DNA from: Lytechinus pictus
Taxonomy: Eukaryota
Direction of reading: 5' to 3'
Length of the DNA: 64,000 nucleotides
NCBI RefSeq assembly: GCF_037042905.1
Contig: NC_087245.1
Location: forward strand, 17,300,001-17,364,000
Shown here: one piece after another, positions 1 through 13,032 of the stretch
How positions within the stretch are numbered: position 1 is the first letter of the stretch
Layout of the letters: the number at the start of each line of letters is the position of its first letter
Made by a program: the position numbers and the translations under genes
The notes under the pieces: model-generated
Told to the model about the DNA's origin: nothing
The model's database searches: none
What the model saw: the letters and a program-made list of their open reading frames with translations, nothing else

Positions 1-103
1 AATCGTTATTATTAAATTCTTCGAAAATGTTTAAACTATCATTTTCGAGAGAATAATTAGCACGGAAAATCACCATCCTGCATGTATGTCTATATTTGTA
101 AAG
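1..103 (+). repeat. Direct copy of 1979-2081 (end of a further partial duplication entering from upstream)
   Basis: Sequence reads identical by eye from aatcgttattattaaattc to atatttgtaaag. Confidence 0.85.
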
Positions 104-337
104 GGAAGTTGAAATTATTTTTATTATTAACACAGATTTTGTAGTTTAAATTGTGTAATTTGTTTGAAAATACATCATAATTTCTTGTCAGGATGGCTTG
201 CGTGTGAAGTCTGCGTTCGCGGAGCAGGGGTCACCGCACTATCAGAGATGGTTCTCAAAAGGCTGTGCTGTCTCATGTACCAGTTGTTTAATTGTGTTAA
301 TGACATAAAACTTTCACAGAGGTAACTGGTTTGGAAT

Positions 338-862
338 CCGGGGGGGGGGGGCACTTCCATTGAAGAGTGGATACCATGCGCGACCATGGGGTCTCGAAAA
401 GCACCCTAAACAAGTATGTTCCATATTCTGAAAATGCACCCCTTAACAAGTAATGGCGTGTGAAACCCTACCCTTAACAAGTATTGGAAACAAAACTATA
501 CCCTTTGCAAGTATTTCCTGAATTGAACCCCTAATATTTTAATTGTTATGTCACGGGCCCGTCGTGGCGGTCGTCAGTTTTATTTTATTTCATCTCGTGC
601 AAATCGGACTCTAAATACGTAGTGTTGGGGCAAAAAGGACGTCCTTTATAAAACCTTTTAGTCTTTCTTATACCCTCGCAAATTTTACCCTAAACACGTA
701 GCTTTCCTAGCGAAATAGATACCCTTTTTTTCATTATTTTAGTGTTTTTGACAGCCTTATTACGTTACGTACGTAACGTGCCCTATCTTGAAAAAGACAT
801 CTTTCTACGAGTTATTTTGGTCGCGCATGGTATCCACTCATCAATGTAAGTGGCCCCCCGGG
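338..862. mobile_element. MITE of the CCCGGG-terminated family
   Basis: TIRs ccgg(g)n-cacttccattgaagagtggataccatgcgcgacca and tggtcgcgcatggtatccactcatcaatgtaagtggccccccggg. Paralogous copy at ~8705-9265. Confidence 0.8.
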
Positions 863-899
863 TTCGAAATACTACTCAACGGTCTTTCGTGAAGAACAC

Positions 900-2150
900 C
901 CCCCCCCCCCACGCCGGCTGCGAAATTATTTTTCCTTCGAACTTTTTGTTCATTGCACATCTGCACTATGATCATTTTACAGATATCATAAATATTCATT
1001 AACATCTCTACCGATGATCGGCAAGATGGTCATTTTCCGTGATAATTTGTTTCTCGAAAATGATAGTTTCGACATTTTGAAACAAAATTGAGTACGCAGG
1101 CTCTTCACCGAGGTCGTAATTCATTTTGTCTTCACTTTAGTCCAATTCATGTGACGTGGGTAGACATGTGCATTTCCTGTGTGTTGTTCAGCTTGATGTA
1201 TCGCGTGATTGTTTCCAATCATGGACTAGTTTAGTAGGTCCATGCCCCAATCAACAAACTTCAAATATACTTAAGATTTTTTTAATTGCAAATTACATTA
1301 TCTCTTACAATGATATCTCTCTTTCTCTTTGTTTTAATTCTTTCTTCTTCTTTTTCTCCCATTGCCGCATACATGGCATAGGCCTACATTCTCGCTTTCA
1401 TATGGGTGTCGATCGGTGTTCGAGCATATATAGGGGGGGGGGGTGACTGATAAACATATTGTTCTCTGTGAGGGATTTTTTAGGGGGTGGTCATTGGCTT
1501 TATGAATCTAAATTTCTTAGGGGGCAGACATGGCATGATGATTTTTGTTTAATGTTTATTGCTATTTGATGAAACTATTCCTTTAAGAAACCATAAGAAA
1601 CCTATGGATGGAGATAGAAAGTAAAAATCCAGGATAAATGGGAATGTTCATATTTATGTGGGGTTTTTTACATTATCTTTTCGAAATTAACCCCCTCCAC
1701 AGCCCATCTCCATCGAGTATCGATCTCTGATTTATCTTTTTTTTTTCAGTTTTCTTCATTCAGCTTCATGATGTAAAATAGTTGAACATACAAAAGTTGA
1801 TCGTTGATTTCCGCTCAACAACACACAAATGAGCATGCACATGCACTCACATCGCATTTTTAGTAGTAGATCTACATTGTTCAGTTGGACTAAAGACAAA
1901 ATGAATTAGAACTCGGTGGTAAGTATACTCAATTTTGTTTCAAATTACGTCTTTGACGCTTGATCGAAATGTCATTTAAATCGTTATTATTAAATTCTTC
2001 GAAAATGTTTAAACTATCATTTTCGAGAGAATAATTAGCACGGAAAATCACCATCCTGCATGTATGTCTATATTTGTAAAGTGATCATAGTGCTCGTGTT
2101 CAACAAACCAAAGGTTCGTAGGAAAAATATGTTGTTCCCCCCCCCCCCCG
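900..2150. mobile_element. Old MITE with long degenerate TIRs (~300 bp); paralogous copy at ~9260-10540
   Basis: 925-1200 is the degenerate reverse complement of 1810-2135, e.g. attttccgtg..ctcgaaaatgatagttt versus aaactatcattttcgag..cacggaaaat. Confidence 0.65.
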
Positions 2151-2560
2151 GCTATGTCGAAATGGTGCTGGCGGTGCCGGCACCACAAACCTTTAAGGGT
2201 GATTTTAGTCAGGCCCCCAAAAAAACATAAGAACATATTGACAGTGAAAGAGAGAAAGAAAGATGGAGAATTGCAAAATAAGAGAGAGGAAGAAAACGAA
2301 GAAGAGTAGAGGGAAAAAAACAGATCGAAAAATAGAGAGAAGGAAAAATATTTATGAAAAAACGAAGAAAAGAAAAAAACCCGGAACAGTCTCGAAAAGT
2401 CTAAAATTTTGTTTCAAATTATGTCCGTCAGAAAACCATCCGAATTTGCGGGGTTTTTTTCTTTTGCTCTCTCCTACACACAAACGGTAAGCAATCTAGC
2501 ACACAATGTGATGGGCATTATTTTTTACTTTCCCCCGAAATGGGGGATTAGATTCAAATT

Positions 2561-2903
2561 CCCGGGGGAGGGGGACCACTTCCATTGACGAGTGGATACC
2601 AGGCGCGAACATGGGGTTTCGAAAAGCACCCTAAATAAGGGAAGCAGGTCTTTTCCAGATTATGAAAATGCGTCCCTTAACAAGTTAACAAGTTAGTATT
2701 TGACGTGCGAAACCCTACCCTTAACAAGAAAGTATTGGAAATTTTCCCGAAAATACGTTGCTTTCCTAACAAAATATATCCCTTTTTTCAGTATTTTAAA
2801 TATCTGTTTTGACACCCTTATAACGTTACATATACGTAACGTGCCCACTCGTCGCGCCTGGTATTCACTCGTCAATGGAAGTGCCCACCCCCCCCCCCCC
2901 GGG
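2561..2903. mobile_element. Internally deleted CCCGGG-family MITE, present only in unit A
   Basis: TIRs cccggggg..cacttccattgacgagtggataccaggcgcga and tcgcgcctggtattcactcgtcaatggaagtg..cccggg. Confidence 0.8.
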
Positions 2904-3889
2904 CGGCCCCTCGAGCTCTGGGAGGAATCAAGTGTGGCTCTGGAAGCTCGTCCTAAATCGGATATATCGCTGTTACCATAGTAGCAACCAGAATTTTGCA
3001 TACGAAACGCAGATTGAATGTTTCCGTCGCGGATGCGAAACGTAAAAAAAAATTCTCATGTCACACAACTTGCATTGCAGGACAGTGTTTTGCGTCGGGC
3101 CCAAAAGTCTCTTCCAAAATCAATATACCGTCGTAAAGTCCGTCCGCGTTGCACAGCGAAAAGTGGGAAATGAGAACATATTGACGATCAGACAACTTTC
3201 TAATCTTGGCGATTCTGCTATTATCCGGGACCTATTCGTCTTTGATTCGGGGAGCTCCCCGGATCAGAGACGAATAGGTTCCAAATCCACCGAATAAGGC
3301 CATATTTGGGCAGAATCTGTACAAATCTATTCTGGAAAATTCGGTGTTGGTGTAACCCTGGATCTATGTAATACTGAATTCAATCAGAATCATTAAATGC
3401 CGATAGTTGATTAATTTATTTTTCAAGACCATATAACATGCAGTTAATTTTACATTTTAATTCGACAATGGGTATTTATATATTTTTCATACTGGAATCC
3501 ACATTTGCATTTTTATACAAATTTACATTATTCGTCAACATAACATCCTACAATTATTGTAGGTGTATATAATTCTATTCCAATATATTCATAATATGTT
3601 AAATTTTCCTGTATATTCGAAGTGTGTTTTAATATACATTCTCAGAGCGTTTGATATGTTTGGGCTCATTCGTCAGCCCAACGAGAACATGTTCATGCTT
3701 ATAACTTTTACTGCGTAATCTAAGAGATATATATTTTCCAACTGCAATCGAAAATTATTAACGTACTCCGAATCCAATACGCACAAAGGCCTCTGGAATT
3801 CGAACAAGATTGCGAACTAGAGTAATTGTGAATATATTCGGCAACCTCATGTATCTCCTACAAATTTCAGGTGGCTTAAAATAGGAAAA

Positions 3890-4706
3890 CAAGGCAAAAG
3901 CAATTTTGTGTCTCGCCCACTTGTGAAAATAACCAGAAATATCGTGATTTGCGAGGGCACTCAACAGAATTGTATCGAAACTTCATTGTGAAATGACTGG
4001 GATGGAATAAAACTTGTCATAAAAGTCTTGCAAGTAAACTTAAAGAACCTTTGACTTTACCATGTGACTTCTGACTGCAGCACAACATGCAGGTCGCCTA
4101 AGTCCATCTACCATTCAAGTTTGGTTGAAAAGTTACTTACGGTTGCGGATTTAGGTGTCGTAAGAGAGTATTGCATGTTAACTTTAACGTTTGCCTAAAA
4201 ATGACCTTTGACCTTACCATGTGACCTCAGACTGCAGCATAACATGCAGGTCTCCCAAGTCCATCTACCATCCAAGTTTGGTTGAAAAGTGACTTACGGT
4301 TGCAGAGTTAGGTGTCATAAGAGAGTCTTGCAAGTAAACCTCAACGTTGACCTGAAAATGACCTTTGACCTTACCATGTGGCCTCCGACTGAAGCATAAC
4401 ACGCAGGTCCCCCAAGTCCATCTACCATCTAAGTTTGGTTGAAAAGTGACTTACAGTTGCGGAGTTAGGTGTCATAAGAGAGTCTTGCATGTAAACTTTA
4501 ACGTTGACCTGAAAATGACCTTTGACCTTACCATGTGACCTCCGACTGTAGCATAACATGCAGGTCACCCAAGTCCATCTACCATCCAAGTTTGGTTGGA
4601 AAGTGAATTACGGTTGTGGAGTTATGTGTCATAAGGTTTGTGACGGACGGACGACAGACGACATTTGGATCCCTAAGTCTCGCCTTCACCTCTGGTGGGA
4701 GAGACA
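3890..4706 (-). mobile_element. Non-autonomous Helentron/DINE-like element with internal 157-bp tandem repeat (~4 copies, 4050-4640) and short (GACG)n microsatellite
   Basis: Subterminal inverted repeat tgtctcgcccac (3909) / gtgggagagaca (4695). Terminal hairpin gtctcgccttcacctctggtgggagagac. Inserted in an A/T run. Empty site in unit B at 13861-13880 (ataggaaaaaagtggg). Repeat starts at 4050, 4207, 4364, 4521. Confidence 0.8.
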
Positions 4707-5530
4707 AAAAGTGGGCTTGTATTGGATTAGTGAGAAAAGTTTATAAGAAAAGAGGGGAATCCCATTGGGATATTAATGTCAATAACAATCAAAGACGCTA
4801 TCAACATCAACAGTTATTTCAGCGATATTTCAGTACCACTTACCACCCCCACTACGAAGTCATATATTGGAAAGGGCTCAATTTTAATAAATTACATACA
4901 CTTGTTAAGGGATTGCTTTTTCTAGATACGCCACTGTATTGCTGGATGTTCAGTGGGTTCAAGGACTAGCCGAGTCAACTTCAAGGACATTCTTGCAATT
5001 TGAAATTCCCTCCCGAATATCGGCGGTGTTTCTGTTTATATTACGGCAACATCTCCTTGATTCTAGCTGATTTCGAATAAGTATAAAGGGCGTGATAATG
5101 TCATTCTTCCATTCTGATCTACATGAAGATCACAATGCCGTTGACTAGCAAAAGTCTTAGACAGCTGAGTAAAGTTTGTTTGCGTGCCATCAGCTATATA
5201 TTCCTTCCAAATAAATATACAAATATCGTTTCAGTATTCTTTAGTAGATATCATAAATTAATATACTATCACTAAAAGAATCCAGTAAGATGTAATCATT
5301 GTCGTGTGTGTCTAAAATGCACAGAAGGGCTGACCGGTAACTTGATCTCCCGGAGACTAATTGAAAGAGATTCATTCTCGTGTCCATGTAATAATAATAA
5401 TAATAATAGGCATTTATATAGCGCCATCTATCTATCTACATACTACAGCTGGTTACTAATTCATAGATACGTATTATTCTAATGTGTATCGGCGATTTAG
5501 ATTATTATGAATAATTAGATGTGTGTCGCT

Positions 5531-7267
5531 CTATAGTGACTCCCGGAAGATGTAGAGTCTGTCTGGAGTACAGAAAGCTATCTCCCCACTCTCGAATGTT
5601 TGGAGAAAGTACCACATTCTTTTCGAGATTTGAAAGTGAAAGTCACTGATGATGATTTTCATCATTTTGAGCTCACTTGTATAAAGACAGATGTTTGCAA
5701 CACCTTCCTTATGGTTAACCCATGCAATGAGAACCGTGTCATCAGTGCACAAACATGGGAATCCAGAGAGGTCTTCTTTGGTGACGCTATGCAGGATGGT
5801 TCCTGATATGCTGTCGACCACCCTTATTGCATTTAAGTCTCTAACCAAGATCTTGTTGCATGTCGAAAATGAGAAGATCTGCTGAGGTTCGTATTCATCA
5901 CACTTTATCTTTCTGATTGGCATCCCACCTTCTGCATCGAACACGTGTATCTCTTTTAGTTTCCTGTAACCGATGAAAATGTGACCATCTATATCCCGTG
6001 CAAAGCCACCCATGCCACCCTCCACATTATCCAGTGAGCCAAATATGAGGGCAAGTTTCTTACATTTTGGGGTATAGAGAGTGATAATGTTATTTTCACC
6101 TTTCCGTACAATATAGCAGCCATCTGGCCTATATTGTAAGCCCCGAACTAAAACATTCAGCAGAACTCTATCTTGTAATGTACCATTAGCAGAATATGTG
6201 ACTATTCCTCCTGCATGGCAACCAACGGATATGTCGTTGTTTGGAGATACTGCTAAACTATCCATACTATTAGATGTTGGTAGCTGCTTGTCTGCCACCA
6301 ATCTCCATTGTTTTCCTCGGCGAACGCAGCCCAGGATATTTCTGGCCGTTCGGTTGTCGCTTTCAAAGCGAATGCGTTCACTTTGGTGAGTCAATCTTCT
6401 TAGCCCTTCCTGATCAGGTTCTGATTCCTTCAAAAGCTTTTCCAGCTCTTCACAAATGGTTTCGTGTGCTTTCAGAAAAGAGGCTTTCTGCAGGAAACAT
6501 TTTAAACCCCCTCTTACTAGCTCACTAACCTTGTTGATATCTGTCACTTTATGATTAGTGATCTTTTCCATTTCTAGTAATGACGTTTTTATCTTCTTCA
6601 GTTCATTCACAACTTTGCTCTTAAGGAGCTCCTTACGCTCCATCAGCTCTGCAACAGATTTCTCAAAAGCTTGGTTGATGTCGTCATGGAGTTCCTTCTC
6701 TACCTTCTCACATGCTTCCCGTTGTTCAGCTATACAGGCAACGTATTTTTCGATGTCACATATCTTTGTCGCTGCTTTCGCCAACAGTTCATCAACATTG
6801 CTTTTCACGACATCTTTATGGTGTTCAGATTCCATGACCGTGTGTCCCTCCTGTACATGCTCACCAATGCCACACTTGTAGCATATGTACTTCCCGCAGT
6901 TGGCGCAGAAACATTCCTCATCACCATCCATATGTTCATCGCAAGTACAGGGTCTCTTCAATGTAACGTTAGCTCGTTGTAAATCATTGACATTAATTTC
7001 TTTATCGTTCTCAGCCGTTATTACCGCCACCATAGACTGGAATGCTTTGCTCATCGGCAATCCACCAACGTCACCATCTGGAATTGGTGTGGTTTCTCGG
7101 CATACTGGACAGGAGATGTTTTGTTTATCCCGTTGAGAGTTGAGTAGAAACTCTAGACAACCCCTGCAGAAGGTATGGGAGCATGACAGAATTCGATGAT
7201 CCTTCAGAAAGCCCAGGCAGACTGGACACTCTAGATTCCTACCAATAGATTCTCTGAGTGAAGCCAT
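5531..7267 (-). CDS. Tripartite-motif (TRIM/RBCC) E3 ligase-like protein with C-terminal NHL-like beta-propeller, copy A (578 aa, CDS in one exon)
   Basis: RING (CPVC..CSHTFCRGC..CPVC), B-box (CDEH..CFCANCGKYICYKC..EH..H), helical coiled coil at ~aa150-300, then propeller-type blades (SLAVSPNNDISV, FARDIDGHIFIG). Architecture resembles TRIM56/TRIM2/3-like proteins. A splice acceptor (TTCTGTTCCAG|G) lies 8 nt before the ATG. Confidence 0.93.
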   Translation of the reverse strand: MASLRESIGRNLECPVCLGFLKDHRILSCSHTFCRGCLEFLLNSQRDKQNISCPVCRETTPIPDGDVGGLPMSKAFQSMVAVITAENDKEINVNDLQRANVTLKRPCTCDEHMDGDEECFCANCGKYICYKCGIGEHVQEGHTVMESEHHKDVVKSNVDELLAKAATKICDIEKYVACIAEQREACEKVEKELHDDINQAFEKSVAELMERKELLKSKVVNELKKIKTSLLEMEKITNHKVTDINKVSELVRGGLKCFLQKASFLKAHETICEELEKLLKESEPDQEGLRRLTHQSERIRFESDNRTARNILGCVRRGKQWRLVADKQLPTSNSMDSLAVSPNNDISVGCHAGGIVTYSANGTLQDRVLLNVLVRGLQYRPDGCYIVRKGENNIITLYTPKCKKLALIFGSLDNVEGGMGGFARDIDGHIFIGYRKLKEIHVFDAEGGMPIRKIKCDEYEPQQIFSFSTCNKILVRDLNAIRVVDSISGTILHSVTKEDLSGFPCLCTDDTVLIAWVNHKEGVANICLYTSELKMMKIIISDFHFQISKRMWYFLQTFESGEIAFCTPDRLYIFRESL

Positions 7268-7275
7268 CTTGTACC

Positions 7276-7883
7276 CTGGAACAGAAATTTAAAACGATTT
7301 TGAAATAAAAATAGACAAAAACGTACAGCGACGAAATAGTAACAAAACTTGTAGAATATAAAGAGAAAATGAAAGAGAGAGGGGTTAAATATGATTTTAT
7401 TTCTGAATATTATGTCAAAATCTATCACAACATTGGACTTTTGAATAAAAAAAATAAAAAAGCTGAAACTTTTGCTCTCTCGCAACTTTTCATTAAATTT
7501 TCCCAATACGCCATATCTACCCCCTCAACTGCCCTAAAACACCCAGTATTTTCAATGATTCCTTCGGATTATTCCCAAAACTAACCCCCTAATAATCCGT
7601 AAAATCGGAAACACGCATGCGGTACAGATGACCATCTGAGTGGGAATTGGGAGAGGGTGTTGACCTAAATCTCATTTCTACCATTTGTTTAGTAAGTCGG
7701 TAGCTCTACCCCTATTAAAAACGTGATGCACAAGAGTTCCAGTGCGTTGAAACAACGAGGAAGATACTAAAGCATATTGATAGCATGCATGATAGAAAAA
7801 CTTCAAAATAATCTGCAATACCTATGAAATGAAGAAAACACGCATATCTGTTCAAGAGAGTCACCCAATCTGGTGTAGCTTAC
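7276..7883 (-). other. Predicted 5'-UTR intron of TRIM copy A; non-coding exon 1 lies from 7884 upward
   Basis: Minus-strand donor CCGAG|GTAAGC at 7884/7883. Polypyrimidine acceptor ...TTTCTGTTCCAG| at 7276. Both sites are present in copy B. Confidence 0.6.
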
Positions 7884-10744
7884 CTCGGAAACTTCTTTTG
7901 TTAAATGGGAGGAAAACCGAGTAAAAAATCCAACACTCGGGAATCTATAACTGTTCAGTCATGACACACGAATAAGTGTGCTAACATTGCTCAATACGGA
8001 AAACAGAAGCCAACATGATTGCGCAATGTTTTTTTTCTTTCTTTTTTTTCTTTTTGTTGTTTTGTTTATTTGATGTTCCCATGGCGAAGTGGATGATGAA
8101 TATGACAGTGACTCATGACCTACACTGTTTCCATTTCCTTCCTGGCTTGGATTATTTCAGCACATTTTCATAGGATGAGGAGAGTATAGATAGTATGGAT
8201 TAACATACTCCGTTGGTATATAATCTCTTCTCCTATATATGATATGATGGAGAACAGCGAGCTCAGTGGTTAAATTCCCAGTGCATCAATTAAAATCTTC
8301 ACCAAGATTGTACAAGCCCCCAACCTGGACCAAGGGGACGGTTCATTACATTAGTGTTTAGGAAGCTCTGAATGAACTTCAACCATCTTTACCAATGACT
8401 GCACTCAAGCAAGCCAACTGTGTTTAAGTTAAAATTGATATGTACGGATGTTGATATTATTTTACTTAATAGCACAGATTTTTTGGTTTAAATTGTGTAA
8501 TTTGTTTGAAAATACATCATCATATCTTGTCAGGACGGCTTTGCATGTGAAGACAGTCTGCGTTCGCGGAGCGGGGGGGGGGGGGGTCACCGCACTATTT
8601 CGAGACAATCAGAGATGGTTCTCAAAAGGCTGTGCTGTCTCATGTACCAGTTGTTTAATTGTGTTAGTGATATACAACTTTCACAGAAGTAACTGGTTCG
8701 GAATCCTGGGGGGGGGGGGGGCACTTCCATTGACGAGTGGATACCATGCGCGACCATGGGGTCTCGAAAAGCACCCTAAACAAGTATTTTCCATATTCAT
8801 TAAAATGCACTCCTTAACAAGTAATGGCGTGTGAAACCCTACCCTTAACAAGTATTGAAAACAAAACTATACCCTTTGCAAGTATTCCCTGAATTGAACC
8901 CCTAAACAATACAGCGATATTTTATTGTTAGGCTATGTCATGGGTCCGTCGGTCGTCGTTTTTACGTTTACACACCATTTGGTTTAGTACAGCCCCACCT
9001 TCCACACCTCGCGCAAATCGCACTCTAAACACGTAGTGTTGGGGAAAAAGGACATCCTTTATAAAACATTTTAGTCTTTTTTATACCCTCGCAAATTTGA
9101 CCTTAAACGCGTAGCTTTTCCTAGCGATTTTTTTCATCATTTTAGTGTTTTTGACACCCTTATTACGTTACGTACGTAACGTGCCCTATCTTGAAAAAGA
9201 CATCTTTTTACGTGTTATTTTGGTCGCGCATGGTATCCACTCATCAATGTAAGTGACACCCCCCACCCACGCCGGCTGCGAAATTATTTTTCCTTCGAAC
9301 TTTTTGTTCATTGCACATCCGCACTATGATCATTTTACAGATATCCTGAATATTCATTAACATCTCTACCGATGATCGGCAAGATGATGATTTTCCGTGA
9401 TGATTAGTTTCTCGAAAATGATAGTTGAGACATTTTGAAACAGAATTGAGTACGCAGACTCTTCACCGAGCCCCTCACCGAGGTCGTAATTCATTTTGTC
9501 TTCACTTTAGTCCAATTCGTGTGACGTGGGTAGGCATGTGCATTCCATGTGTGTTGTTCTGCTTGATGTATCGCGTGATGCAGATTGTTTGCAATCATAT
9601 ACCTACTAGTAGGTCCATTCCCCAATCGACAAACTTCAAATATACTTATGATTTTTTTTTAATTGCAAATTACAATATCTCTTGCAATGATATCTCTCTT
9701 TCTCTTTGTTTTAATTTTTTTTTCTTCTCCCAATGCCGCATACATGGCATAGGCCTACATTCTCCCTTTCATATGGATGTCGATCGGTATTCCAGCATGG
9801 GGGGGGGGGGGGTGACTGACACAAATATTGATCTCTGTGAGGGATTTTTTAGGGGGTGGCCATTGGCTTTATGAATCTAAATTTCTTAGGGGGCCAGACA
9901 TGGCATGATGATTTTTTTAAAATGTTTATTGCTAGTTGATGAAACTATTCCTTTAAGAAAACATAAGAAACCTATGGATAGAGATATAAAGTAAAAATCC
10001 AGGATAAATGGGAAAGTTCATATTTATGTGGGTTTTTTTTTTATTTACCCCCCTCCGCAGCCCATAAATGCATAGGGTTTTACTCCCTTTCGAGTATCGA
10101 TCTCTGATTTATCTTTTTTTTCAGTTTTCTTCATTCAGGTTCATGATGTAAAATAGTTGAACATACAAAAGTTGATTGTTGATTACCGCTGAACAACACA
10201 CAAATGAGCATGCACACCCACATCACATTATTAATAGTAGATCTACATTGTTCAATTGGACTGACGACAAAATGAATTAGAACTCGGTGGTAACTGTACT
10301 CAATTTTGTTTCAAATTACGTCTTTGACGCTTGATCGAAATGTCATTTAAATGGTTACTATTAAATTCTTCGATAATGTCTAAACTATCATTTTCGAGAG
10401 AATATTTAGCACGGAAAATCACCATCTTGCATGTATGTCTATATATTCATAATATTTATGATATTTGTAAAGTGATCATAGTGCTCGTTTTCAACGAGCC
10501 AAAAGTTCGTAGGAAAAATAATTTGTCCCCCCCCCCCCCCGCTATGTCGAAATGTGATACCTGTAAGGATGATTTTAGTCTGGCCCCCCAAAAAACATAA
10601 AAACATATTGACAGTGAAAGAGAAAAAGAAAGATGGAGAATTGAAAAGTAAGAGAGGGGAAGAAAACGAAGAAGAGTTAAAGGGAAAAGAACAGATCGAA
10701 AAATAGAGAGAAGGAAAAATATTATTTAAAAAAACGAAGAAAAT

Positions 10745-10940
10745 AAAAAAAACCGGGACAGTCTCGAAAAGTCAAAAATTTTGTTTCAAATTATGTCTAT
10801 ATTTTTATGTCAATAGATGTTCTGAAGTCTTATCTTTCAAATGCCATTAAAAATAAGTTTCGTTCATGCTTGAGCGCACATGGTACGTTTTTGTCAGGGG
10901 TTCAAAAAGAGGCTTGCGCCAAATGGCAGAAAATAGCGAG
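10745..10940 (+). mobile_element. Left-end fragment of the Tc1/mariner-type MITE seen intact at 43518-44509; a shorter remnant is at ~2380-2425
   Basis: Shares cgggacagt..ttgtttcaaattatg..tcttatctttcaaatgccatt..catgcttgagcg..ggggttcaaaaagaggcttgcgcc. Confidence 0.75.
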
Positions 10941-11587
10941 TTTTGCAAACCTCAGGAACGCGTCATTAGGGTCCGGTAACACAAAAGTTAACGATTTATC
11001 ATACACTCGATTTTTAGGATTGATTGTACATTGTAGTCAATCAAACGTAGAAAACTGTTCTACAATCATTGCTAAGCTTTGTGTTACAGGCACTATAGAT
11101 CTGCCTTTCGTGTGCAAAATTCTTTCATGCGACACCATGCCAGCCTGAGCCATCGGTGGGTCGCTACTCTGGCAGCTGGCTGGAGATATGCGAAAGGCTA
11201 GCGGCCTACATGGTAGATTATGACATGGATAAGAAAGTGGTTTTTCAAACAAATCGAGTACATATTGAGTGAGGAAAAACTTACTAAATTAAGGCTTAGA
11301 TATAGATCATTACAGTCTATCGAATCGATATTGCATCAAATGTGGATTATTGGTGGATCAATGGCAATTGATTCCATGGGTCAGATCACCTCTCCAGCCG
11401 AAACTATTTTGCATGCGTTGATATGCAAACAACGGCCCCTCGAGCTCTGGGAGGAACCAAGTGTGGCTCTGGAAGTTCGCCCGAAATCGGATATTTCGCT
11501 GTTACCATAGTAGCAACCAGAATTTTGCACACGAAACGCAGATTGAATGTTTCCGTCGCGGATGCGAAACGTAAAAAAAGTTATCAT

Positions 11588-13032
11588 TAGCCCAGTCATT
11601 TTAGCCCAAATTTTGACCAAACTTGGAACAAATTGCAACTTAATTTTTTTCACCACAATGCATTTCTGTAAGGTCCCTAGTACAACATACTAAAAGTCCC
11701 AAACTATCCGAATAGGGGAAAGGCATCTAATTTGCATAAATCCAAGATGGCTGCCAAAAATTAATTGATATGCCTTATCCTTAATATTTTTTGCACAGAT
11801 AATGTGAAAATCTTAAAATGAATACACAATTCACGATGATTAAGATATTATATATCGATTGCAATAGTTTTCGGGACTGTCCGGTTAATAGTTTTTAATC
11901 ACTCGGAAATTACAGAATTTGATTTTCCTCTATCAGCTACATACAAAGAAGTGCTGGCACAGCAAACCCTACCTCTAAAGGGTTTGGCGAAGTCACCCAA
12001 CCCTTTTCCATATTTTGCCTCCTAATTAATTTATTGGGAAAACCTGCCAATTTGGAGCCCCTATTGAGGCAAAACGTTATTTCTGCTCTATAGCAAACCT
12101 CTTTCATTTTTTTCTTAACCACTTGAATATAAAAAAGTAGATTTTCCTCTATCAGATACATATGAAGAAGTGCTGTCTCAACAAAGCCTACCCCCTTTGG
12201 CATGTCAGTGGTTCCCGAAGTCTCCCCACGATTTTGTCTATTTTCCCTCTTTATTTAAACAAAATCGTAGTTTTTTTTTTACCCCCCTCCCCATTAAGGC
12301 AAAAGGCATTTCTGCTATATGCATTTCTGCTATATGCTGTTTGCTTCTGCATTTCTGTCACTTTTATTATTTGAAACCACTTAAAGATGAATAGGTTTCG
12401 TCTATCAGCGCATCGACCCCTTCCTTCTTTAGGGGCTCCAAATTGACAGATTTTCCATAAATTGACAAAATACAGAAAAGGGGTGAGTGACATCGGTAGT
12501 ATAATAGTAGTATAATAAGATGTGGCAGGTCTAATAGCTACATTTCATTTTTCTTTTGAACTCTGAGATCGAGCAGGCAGAAAATGTCATTACTTGGTGT
12601 ACAACGCTATGTGACTAGCATATGCCTAGACCCTTTCATATTAAACAATTAATACAGTCCAAACATAATCGAATTTATGCATTTAATGTTAATAGTAACA
12701 GTTTTCTTGTAGTATAATTCTTTGCTTACTGATATTTATAATATAGCTATAGTTTGAGGAAGCCAATGTTTATAGTAGTATCGAAGCCGGAATTGATATC
12801 ATTTCCAATCGGGTCTGAGTACACAGTTTAGACTGGCGTCGTCTGCTACGTAAACTAAATGAGCGAATATGACCAAAACTAACCATTATGTTTATGCAAA
12901 TTAGAACACTTTCCCCTATTCGGATTTTTTGGGACTTTTAGTATGGTCTTCAATGGACCTCAAAGAAATGTTCTGCATTGGAATAAATTCTGTTGCAATT
13001 TGTTCCAAGTAAAAAGTTAAAATGACTGGACA
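11588..13032. mobile_element. Non-autonomous DNA transposon with ~150-bp TIRs starting TAG (Academ-like), specific to unit B
   Basis: tagcccagtcatttta..acttggaacaaattgcaac..ctaaaagtccc..tccgaataggggaaag..ctaatttgcataa is mirrored at 12890-13032. Empty site in unit A at ~3050-3065 (ttctcatgtcacac). Internal ~220-bp degenerate repeats at 11921 and 12140. Confidence 0.75.

Larger units (their letters stand above)
110..8450. repeat. Tandem segmental duplication unit A (TRIM locus)
   Basis: Colinear with 8450-28650 once copy-specific insertions are removed. The unit start (acagatttt..aaattgtgtaatt..gaaaatacatca) recurs at ~130, ~8470 and ~28670. Confidence 0.9.

Noticed and set aside
5124..5200. 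SOCS/BC-box-like peptide SLRQLSKVCLR on the plus strand
   Set aside because: There is an in-frame stop just upstream, the motif is disrupted in the paralog, and no supporting exon structure is visible.
5600..7136. Plus-strand ORFs overlapping TRIM-A, and equivalents at 25068-26604
   Set aside because: Antisense shadows of the real CDS.
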